Part shown: in pieces, positions 1 to 7,313 of the stretch
Numbering within the stretch: the stretch's first letter is position 1
Layout: each line of letters starts with the position of its first letter
Program-made: the position numbers and the translations under genes
Notes under the pieces: generated by a model
Told to the model about the DNA's origin: nothing
The model's database searches: none
The model's input: the letters and a program-made list of their open reading frames with translations, nothing else
Assembly (NCBI RefSeq): GCF_009914755.1
Contig: NC_060946.1
Length of the DNA: 64,000 nucleotides
Direction: 5' to 3' (one strand)
From: the human T2T-CHM13v2.0 reference genome, Homo sapiens

Positions 1-122
1 GAAGGAAGGAAGCAAGCAAGGAAGAAAGGAAGGAAGGAAAGAAGGAAGGAAGGACGGAAGGAAGGAAGGAAGGAAGGAAGGAAGGAAGGAAGGAAGGAAG
101 GAAAGAAGGATGAAAGGAAGGA
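1..122 (+). repeat. GGAA microsatellite (also ~6607-6716 and equivalent positions in each unit)
   Basis: Longest pure run: 12 GGAA at 56-103, 8 at 6666-6697, 9 in the 6601-bp units, 11 at 59452-59495. Confidence 0.97.
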
Positions 123-174
123 GAAAACACCGGTGTTACTAAAACCCCCCAAAAAATGGTTTCCCCCTGTGGGT

Positions 175-510
175 AAGCCTACAATGTGGATGAATCTTGA
201 AAATATTGTTCTACGTGTTATGTCAGTCATAGCAGCTCACCTATTGTGCAATTCCGTTTATAGGAAATGTCCACAATATGGAAATCTATGCATATGGGAT
301 TGATCGCACTAGGTAGTTGCTACCTAGGTCTGAGGGTCAGGGAGAGGGTTTGAGACAGAATGAGGAGTGACTAATGTCTACAGGGTCTTTCTCTGGTCGG
401 GGGTGATAAGACGTTTTACAATGGATTGCGAATTAAAATTGAATGTGCACAACCACAGGTATACTAAAAGCCACTCAATTCATGACCTTTAATGGGGGAA
501 TCTTACGTGG
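175..510 (+). mobile_element. Old L1M (L1MB/L1ME-type) 3' UTR fragment (also ~6770-7105 etc.)
   Basis: tggatgaatcttgaaaatattg...tattgtgcaattccgtttataggaaatgtcca...atactaaaagccactcaatt...ctttaa resembles L1M 3' UTR consensus. Confidence 0.75.
488..493 (-). terminator. Candidate proximal polyadenylation signal ATTAAA
   Basis: tttaat on + strand; on the minus strand a GU-rich stretch (TGTGGTTGTG) follows ~30 nt downstream; lies within the antisense L1M fragment. Confidence 0.3.
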
Positions 511-858
511 CGTAGTCTCATGGAGACCACGGCAGACATAGTGAGAGAGAAAAAGGTGAGTAAATATCTGAAACGGAGGCAGAAACAGAGAGAATGAAAA
601 GCCCTGTGAATGGAAGGGAGAGCGAAAAGGGAAAATGGTCCTATTTACAAATGACAGATGTGAAACTGGGGTTCACATCAACAGTGTCACTGCCAGGAAG
701 GAGGGTCATGCTAGCCATGTCACCGGTAGTGTGGCCCGCAGGGACGCTGACCTGCTGGAGCGTCGTGCCAGCATGGGCTGTGGCAACCACGTGGGCCAGC
801 AGGAGGTTCCCGCTGCACAGCTGTGGGGTGAGGATAGACTGGGTGGTGATATCGGCCA

Positions 859-3800
859 TTACAGAGGCCCTCTTCTGCTGGCAAGAGTGTGACAGTAGCA
901 AGTAGATGGACAGGCCTGCGTGTGAGGACGGAATGCAGGAGGGGTTCTTGTGCGCCTGGGTGTGGGGCCCTCACGGGAACCGTGGAGAAATGGCCAGGTA
1001 ACTGCGTCATGTGGGCTAGTAGATTGGCCAGGGCTTCGAACTGAAGGACGATAACGGGGAGTAGCTGTCAGGCCCTGGGAGTGCCTGAGTGTAAGTGGAG
1101 ATGGGTTTGGGGTCACTGAGGGATGCGTGGGAGCCATCCCTGTATAGGTACAGGTCATAGGGAGATAGTCTCGTGAGGCCTGTGAGTGTCTAGGGTTGTC
1201 CTGGGTGCCTGGGGCTGACTGTGGCAGAAATCTGGGGAAGGCTGGAGAGAAGCTGGGAGACCCAGGAGAGTCCCTGAAGGCAGGGGGTGAAGAGGTGAAA
1301 GAAATGGGGGAGGGTTGCAGTAAGGTCCGTGAGTTTGTAGGTGATTCCTGGGTGCGGGAAGCTGACTCCAGGTGAAATCTGGAGATGGTTGGAGAGTAGC
1401 TGAGAGAGACAGAAGAGTCCCTGAGGGCTGGGGGTGAGAACATGAGGGAGACGGGGGAGTAAGTCAGTGAAATTCGTGAGTTCGGTGGTGTATCGTGGGT
1501 GCCTGGAACTGACTCCAGCTGGAATCTAGAGAAGTTTTGAGAGTAGCTGAAGGAGACACAAGAGTCCCTGTGGGCTGAGGGCAAAGACCTGAGACAGACC
1601 AGGGAGGACCTCAGTGAAGTCTGTGAGTCTGTAGGTGATTCCGGAGTGTGGGAGGCTGACTCCCGCTGAAATCTGGGCGTGGTGGGAGAGTAGCTGGGAC
1701 AGACAGGAGAGTCCCAGGGGGCTGGGGGTGACGACGTGAGAGAGACTGGGGAGTAACTCAGTGAAATTGCTGAGTTGGTTGGTGATACCTGGGTGCCTGG
1801 AACTGACCCCCGCTGAAATCTGGGCATGGTTGGAGAGTAGCTGGGACACACAGGAGAGTCCCTGAGGGCTGGGGGTGAAGACATGAGCGAGACCGGGGAG
1901 TAACTGAGTGAAACTGGTGAGTTTGGTGGTGACTCCGGGGTGCCTGGAACTGACTCCAGCTGAAATGTGGGCGTGGTTGGAGAGTAGCTGGGACAGACAG
2001 GAGAGTCCCTGAGGACTGGTGAAGACATGAGAGAAACTGGAGAGTAATTGAGTGAAATTGGTGAGTTTGGTGGTGATTCCTGGGTGCCTGGAACTGACTC
2101 CCGCTGAAGTGTGGGCGTGGTTGGAGAGTAGCTGGGACACACAGGAGAGTCCCTGAGGGTTGGAGATAAAGACGTGCTAGAGACTGAGGAGTAACTGAGT
2201 GAAATTGGTGAGTTTGGTGGTGATTCCGGGGTGCCTGGAACGGACTCCAGCTGAAATGTGGGCGTGGTTGGAGAGTAGCTGGGACAGACGGGAGAGTCCC
2301 TGAGGGATGGTGAAGACATGAGAGAGACTGGGGAGTAACGCAGTGAAATTGGTGAGTTTGGTGGTGATTTCTGGGTGCCTGCAACGGACTCCCGCTGAAG
2401 TGTGGGCGTGCTTGGAGAGTAGCTGGGACAGACAGGCGAGTCCCTGAGGGTTGGAGATAAAGACGTGCTAGAGACTGAGGAGTAACTGAGTGAAATTGGT
2501 GAGTTTGGTGGTGATTCCGGGGTGCCTGGAACGGACTCCAGCTGAAATGTGGGCGTGGTTGGAGAGTAGCTGGGACAGACGGGAGAGTCCCTGAGGGATG
2601 GTGAAGACATGAGAGAGACTGGGGAGTAACGCAGTGAAATTGGTGAGTTTGGTGGTGATTTCTGGGTGCCTGCAACGGACTCCCGCTGAAGTGTGGGCGT
2701 GCTTGGAGAGTAGCTGGGACAGACAGGCGAGTCCCTGAGGGTTGGAGATAAAGACGTGCTGGAGACTGGGGAGTAACTCAGTGAAAGTGGTGGGCTTGGT
2801 GGTGATCCCAGGGTTCCTGGAACTGACCCGCGCTGAAATGTGGGCGTGGTTGGAGAGTAGCTGGGACAGACTGGAGGGTCCGTAAGGGCTGGGGGTGAAG
2901 ACGTGAGAGAGACTGGCGAGGATCTCACTGAGGTCTGTGAGTTTGTAGGTGTTTCTGGGGTGTGGGGTACAGACTCCCGCTGAAATCTGGGCGTAGTTGG
3001 AGAGTAGCTGGGACAGACAGGAGAGTCATGGGTGGCTGGGGGTGAGCTGCTGGATGATGGCAGTAAGAACATATGGTACATTATTGATGAATGAGGTGAC
3101 TGTGAAGAATCTCCAGAGGAGGACACGGGAGAACACAATGACATGAGTGACTGTCCTGCTTGGTTAGGAAAGGGAAACGTAAAGTTGTGGAATTCTGTTG
3201 ATGATGGATGTGAGAGTGGTGAAGCCCTGCGGGATGATGTAGAGGACTTCCACATCCCTGGTGAGGAGCTGCCCCTTGGGTCTGAGTTTCTGGGAGGGGA
3301 GAGGGAGAAGCTGGGTGAGGCAGGCATGAATCTTGAGGAGTCAGGGCTGGGGGACCGCTCATATTCTCCCGAGACCTGTGAGTCTCTGGGGGACTCCTGG
3401 GTGCATGGGGCTGACTCCCGCAGGAACCTGGGGATGGCTGGAGAGTAACTGGGAGCCACAGGAGGGTCCCTGAGGCCTGGGGGTGAAGAGATGCAAGACA
3501 CAGGGGTGGAGCAGCGTGAGGCTCGTGAGTTTGTAGGTGATTCCTGGGTGTGGGGGGCTGACTCCAGCTGAAATCTGGGGTTGTTTGGAGAGTAGCTGGG
3601 AGACACAGGAGAACCCCCGAGAGCTGGGGGTGAGCTGCTGGGTGATGGCAGTAAGAACATGTGGTATATTATTGATGAACGTGGGGACTCTGAGGAGTCC
3701 TCAGAGGAGGACACGGCAGAGCCCAATGGCTTCATTGATTGCCCATCACGGTGAGGACAGGGAAATGGGAGCTTGTGGGATTCTGGTGATGACAGAGGTG

Positions 3801-3993
3801 AGTGTGGTGAAGCCCTAGGGGATGGTGAATGGTAGTTCCGGATCCCTGGTGAGGAGCTTCCCCTTAAGCCTGAGTTTCTGAGAGGGGAGAGGGAGAAGCT
3901 GGGTGAGGCTCGCATGGACCTTGGGGTGTCCGTGCTGGGGGACCGTTCATAAGAAGAGCCAGACAAGACCCTACTGTTCTTAGGTGCAGACAT
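859..3993 (-). CDS. Ser/Pro-rich CTD-like repeat protein, copy 1 (1044 aa, short C-terminus)
   Basis: Uninterrupted ORF, ATG in ATCATGT context (A at -3), TATA/Inr upstream; one extra base near 865-870 gives ...RRGPL* rather than the longer tail. Confidence 0.7.
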   Translation of the reverse strand: MSAPKNSRVLSGSSYERSPSTDTPRSMRASPSFSLSPLRNSGLRGSSSPGIRNYHSPSPRASPHSPLSSPESHKLPFPCPHRDGQSMKPLGSAVSSSEDSSESPRSSIIYHMFLLPSPSSSPPALGGSPVSPSYSPNNPRFQLESAPHTQESPTNSRASRCSTPVSCISSPPGLRDPPVAPSYSPAIPRFLRESAPCTQESPRDSQVSGEYERSPSPDSSRFMPASPSFSLSPPRNSDPRGSSSPGMWKSSTSSRRASPLSHPSSTEFHNFTFPFPNQAGQSLMSLCSPVSSSGDSSQSPHSSIMYHMFLLPSSSSSPPATHDSPVCPSYSPTTPRFQRESVPHTPETPTNSQTSVRSSPVSLTSSPPALTDPPVCPSYSPTTPTFQRGSVPGTLGSPPSPPLSLSYSPVSSTSLSPTLRDSPVCPSYSPSTPTLQRESVAGTQKSPPNSPISLRYSPVSLMSSPSLRDSPVCPSYSPTTPTFQLESVPGTPESPPNSPISLSYSSVSSTSLSPTLRDSPVCPSYSPSTPTLQRESVAGTQKSPPNSPISLRYSPVSLMSSPSLRDSPVCPSYSPTTPTFQLESVPGTPESPPNSPISLSYSSVSSTSLSPTLRDSPVCPSYSPTTPTLQRESVPGTQESPPNSPISLNYSPVSLMSSPVLRDSPVCPSYSPTTPTFQLESVPGTPESPPNSPVSLSYSPVSLMSSPPALRDSPVCPSYSPTMPRFQRGSVPGTQVSPTNSAISLSYSPVSLTSSPPAPWDSPVCPSYSPTTPRFQRESASHTPESPTDSQTSLRSSLVCLRSLPSAHRDSCVSFSYSQNFSRFQLESVPGTHDTPPNSRISLTYSPVSLMFSPPALRDSSVSLSYSPTISRFHLESASRTQESPTNSRTLLQPSPISFTSSPPAFRDSPGSPSFSPAFPRFLPQSAPGTQDNPRHSQASRDYLPMTCTYTGMAPTHPSVTPNPSPLTLRHSQGLTATPRYRPSVRSPGQSTSPHDAVTWPFLHGSREGPTPRRTRTPPAFRPHTQACPSTCYCHTLASRRGPL
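1190..3050. repeat. Coding VNTR of 144/147-bp monomers (present in every unit)
   Basis: Motif ggagagtagctgggaca recurs every 144-147 bp; ten CPSYSP repeats plus three degenerate C-terminal ones here and two more at ~3390-3640. tggagataaagacgtgct at 2161 and 2452 gives a 291-bp dimer period. Confidence 0.97.
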
Positions 3994-4054
3994 GATTAGG
4001 AAACCTGCAGCTCCCAGGGGCCCCCACTAATGTTCTAACTCGCAGAAGGAAGGA

Positions 4055-4113
4055 GTGTGTGTGCGTGTGTGCGTGTGCGTGTGTGTGTGTGTGTGTTTGT
4101 GTGTGTGCGGTGT
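4055..4113 (+). repeat. (TG)n/(CG) microsatellite in the predicted 5' leader
   Basis: gtgtgtgtgcgtgtgtgcgtgtgcgtgtgt...; 4 bp longer in copies 4-8. Confidence 0.95.
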
Positions 4114-4157
4114 GAGGTATGGGCCCCTTAAGGAAATGGAAATCAACCAACCAATGG

Positions 4158-4183
4158 GACAGACAGACAGACAGACAGACAGA
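4158..4183 (+). repeat. (GACA)n microsatellite
   Basis: gacagacagacagacagacagacaga; expanded with a gtca interruption in copy 10 (~63253-63287). Confidence 0.95.
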
Positions 4184-4304
4184 GATTCACTTGCCCAAGT
4201 GTTCTGTCCTGTCCTCTGAATCCGCTTTCAAGTCGCAAGACGCTGTGAGCTCCAAGTCCACGCAGAGTCCGCCAAACGCTCCGGCCGCTGATCCGCTCCG
4301 CGAA

Positions 4305-4375
4305 GATCTGAGTACAGGCCAGCCAGGGTGGGTTTAAATAGCCTCGGGCGCAGCCTAGCAGCGGAAAGGGCCGAG
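4305..4375 (-). promoter_or_regulatory. Putative Pol II core promoter: TATA (4340-4333), Inr (+1 at 4309), GC-box position (4368-4375); repeated in every unit
   Basis: Minus strand reads TATTTAAA then TCAGATC (YYANWYY) with its A 31 nt after the first T of TATA; locally CpG-rich. Equivalent +1 positions: 10902, 17495, 24092, 30693, 37294, 43895, 50496, 57091, 63412. Confidence 0.7.
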
Positions 4376-4837
4376 CTTCACTCCTCCTTTCCATCAGTCA
4401 CCCCCAACTTTCCCAGGCTACACCTCGTAGGAAACTGTTCTCCTGCTTTGATTTCATGCGCCACCTTTGGGACAATCTAAGAACTTACAGGTTTTCTTGG
4501 CCAGATTTATTAGGAATTGTATGCACTGAAACACTGAAAACCAACTAGTGGTTCTGTGCTTCCCACGTTGTGGTTTTGACACCAGCAGCATCCTTGCCAC
4601 AATCAAACCCCGGAGATCCGCAGATCTGTGTTGTAACAAGACCTCCCCCTGACCCTGATGCATGGCAGTTGAAGAAGTCTTTCCGTGTAAGCGAAAAGAC
4701 TTTGAAGAAAAGGTGGAGATATGCGTAGTATAAACATTCTTTGGCTCTGGAACCACGTAGAGACTTGGGAGCCAGTTGGGTGGAGCATTCGTTGGATGAG
4801 GGTGCTCGGGTTAGGAATATCAAGGTGTTTCTCCAGA

Positions 4838-4848
4838 TAATCCAATCA
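4838..4848 (+). promoter_or_regulatory. DUX4-type double-homeodomain motif TAATCCAATCA (all 10 units)
   Basis: Matches the DUX4 consensus TAAYYBAATCA; also at 11431, 18024, 24621, 31222, 37823, 44424, 51025, 57620, 63941. Binding not demonstrated. Confidence 0.5.
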
Positions 4849-4929
4849 TCTAATTAAGATTCCAGTTATGCTCATCTGTTTTAAAATTCCGTTTGGGTAA
4901 ATTCTTTTAGTCAGACTGAGAATGGCAAA

Positions 4930-5390
4930 GCCTCAACCCCAATTTCCAGGGAGGGTGGAGAGCCTCAGGTGGAGTTGATCACCAATAGCCTATGGTTTAA
5001 CCCATCATGCCTATAGAATGAGGTCTCCATCAAAACCCAAAAGGACTGGGTTCAGAGAGCTTCTGGATAACACTTCCTGGAAGGTAGTGCACCCCTCCCC
5101 GCATGCCGGGCCCCACATTTATTTCTGAACTTTGTGCAATGTCCGCTAAAATACAACGGCAAATGTAAGTGTTTCCCTGCGTGCTGTGAGCTCTTCCAGC
5201 AAATGAATGCAACTAAATCTGGGAGTGGTGGCAACCTGATTTATAGCCAGTTGCTGAGAAGCACAGGTAAAACAACGTAGGGCTTCCCATTGTTATTGGT
5301 GTGGGAGGCCTGTCTGGCGGGACTCGGCCCTTTGGAATCTAATGCTATGTCCCGGTAGATAGCGTCACCATTGAATTAGAAGACACACAT
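4930..5390 (+). mobile_element. MER21-family LTR fragment (repeated per unit)
   Basis: Recognised from memory of the consensus: gttgatcaccaat...catgccta...aaaacccaaaaggactgggttcagagagctt, gtaagtgtttccctg...tgtgagc, ggtagatagcgtc...attgaattagaagacac. Subfamily not determined. Confidence 0.75.
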
Positions 5391-5559
5391 ATGTGGAGAA
5401 TAATCTTTCTGGTCATTTACTGCATGTCATATTTACAATATGTAATCAAATTCTTTATCCTGACCTTATGGCACCTGGGTTTAGGACCATGATTTGAACC
5501 AAACGTTGGTCTGTCACTTTCTGAGTTTGAAACTTTATTTTGCCTTTAGCGTTTTGCTA

Positions 5560-5860
5560 TTGCTTTTTCGTTTTCTTTTGTTTCGTTTCGTTTCTAAGTT
5601 CTGGGGTATATGTGCAGGATGTGCAGATTTGTTACTAAGGTAAACGTGTGCCATGGTGGTTTGCTGCACCTGTCAACCCGTCACCTAGGTATTAAGCCCA
5701 GCATGCAGTAGCTGTTTTTCTTAACGCTCTGCCTCCCGAAAGGCCCCAGTGTGTGTTGTTCCCCTTCCTGTGTCCATGGGATCTCACTTTTCAGCTCCCA
5801 TTATAAGTGAGAAGGTGGCGTTTGGTTTTCTTTCCCTGGATTAGTTTGCTGACGATAATG
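5560..5860 (-). mobile_element. L1PA 3'-end fragment with decayed poly(A) tail (repeated per unit)
   Basis: T-rich tail then gttctggggtatatgtgcaggatgtgcag...gtgtgccatggtggtttgctgcacc...cacctaggtattaagcccagcatgca...cccagtgtgtgttgttcccc, typical antisense L1PA (roughly L1PA8-10) 3' UTR. Confidence 0.9.
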
Positions 5861-5877
5861 ACCACACATCACCACTG

Positions 5878-6235
5878 TTTTTGTTTTTTAGTATAAAGAG
5901 TAGTATTTTATTGAATAAGATTTGCTCACAGAAAAATAAGCTTAAATCTACAATGAATGCCAGACCCTACAGCAGAAAGCAATTTTCTCACTTTTCCACA
6001 CACAATGGTTCCTACTAAGTGAAAAAAAAGCCATAAAATTTCATTCACAAATGTACTACTCTGTCTCAAAACATCTCACGTAATCATGCACTGTACTAAA
6101 GCCATCAGATCAGTTCTTCAGTCAGGTTAAAGAAGTATCCCTCTAATAACTGACTTTTATAATGCTATCAATATCCACTCCCAATCAGTCTGCCATTGTT
6201 AATGGTGTACAGCATTACTGAATACAACGGAATTG
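5878..6235 (-). other. Poly(A)-tailed mRNA-like 3' end (possible retrocopied 3' UTR), repeated per unit
   Basis: Minus strand AATAAA at 5912-5907, then 17 nt, then an A-rich tract at 5889-5878; preceded by AU-rich non-TE-looking sequence. Source gene not recognised. Confidence 0.5.
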
Positions 6236-6249
6236 ATGACGCCCATATC

Positions 6250-6387
6250 CACAGACAAACCGTGACTTATGATGGTTTGATTTATGATTTTTCAACGTTA
6301 TGATGGGTTTATTGGAATATTAGATTCGTTTCTGAGTTACACTGGGTTTATGAGTATGCGACCCTACACTCCAGAAACAGCTGTATA
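6250..6387. mobile_element. MER47-like Tigger-derived MITE (repeated per unit)
   Basis: gacttatgatggtttgatttatgatttttcaacgttatgatgggtttatt matches CpG-decayed MER47 terminal sequence. Confidence 0.65.
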
Positions 6388-7313
6388 AGGAAAAACAGGT
6401 GTACCTAATAAAAATATGCTTAGTGACTTGGGATAAACCAATAGATGTTCACAAGTGATGGAGAGCCGTGAAAGAGAGATAGCGGTAAATAGTTACAATA
6501 ACACAATTTTCCTGCACCTGTCGAGGATTTCCCCCAAAAAACGCAGAATGTGGGATGCACCTAAGGCATATGAAAGAGAGAGGGCAGAAGGAGTAAGAGA
6601 GAAATAGGAGGAAGGAAGGAAGGAAGCAAGGAAGAAAGGAAGGAAGGAAAGAAGGAAGGAAGGACGGAAGGAAGGAAGGAAGGAAGGAAGGAAGGAAAGA
6701 AGGATGAAAGGAAGGAGAAAACACCGGTGTTACTAAAACCCCCCAAAAAATGGTTTCCCCCTGTGGGTAAGCCTACAATGTGGATGAATCTTGAAAATAT
6801 TGTGCTACGTGTTATGTCAGTCATAGCAGCTCACCTATTGTGCAATTCCGTTTATAGGAAATGTCCACAATATGGAAATCTATGCATATGGGATTGATCG
6901 CACTAGGTAGTTGCTACCTAGGGCTGAGGGTCAGGGAGAGGGTTTGAGACAGAATGAGGAGTGACTAATGTCTACAGGGTCTTTCTCTGGTCGGGGGTGA
7001 TAAGACGTTTTACAATGGATTGCGAATTAAAATTGAATGTGCACAACCACAGGTATACTAAAAGCCACTCAATTCATGACCTTTAATGGGGGAATCTTAC
7101 GTGGCGTAGTCTCATGGAGACCACGGCAGACATAGTGAGAGAGAAAAAGGTGAGTAAATATCTGAAACGGAGGCAGAAACAGAGAGAATGAAAAGCCCTG
7201 TGAATGGAAGGGAGAGCGAAAAGGGAAAATGGTCCTATTTACAAATGACAGATGTGAAACTGGGGTTCACATCAACAGTGTCACTGCCAGGAAGGAGGGT
7301 CATGCTAGCCATG

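Noticed and set aside
309-327. Perfect hairpin ctaggtag-ttg-ctacctag
   Set aside because: An 8-bp stem within a decayed L1M fragment; compatible with chance.
1526-2675. Overlapping 204-aa and 305-aa minus-strand ORFs
   Set aside because: Alternative frames of the C-rich VNTR strand, which is naturally poor in stop codons; they vary in length between copies. This also cautions that VNTR openness alone is weak evidence for the main ORF.
1190-3050. CRISPR-like array
   Set aside because: Eukaryotic context; the sequences between conserved cores are themselves homologous rather than unique spacers.
3058-3080. YHMFLLP as an eIF4E-binding YxxxxL-phi motif
   Set aside because: The final position is Pro rather than a hydrophobic residue, so it does not match the canonical motif.
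859-3993. Calling the ORF POLR2A/RPB1, a mucin or an extensin
   Set aside because: No polymerase catalytic domains, no perfect YSPTSPS run, no signal peptide or transmembrane segment; such hits would reflect low complexity.
4119-6824. Short 60-115 aa ORFs in the spacer, including the PSFL-repeat ORFs
   Set aside because: They lie in microsatellites or TE fragments, and some change frame or appear/disappear between copies.
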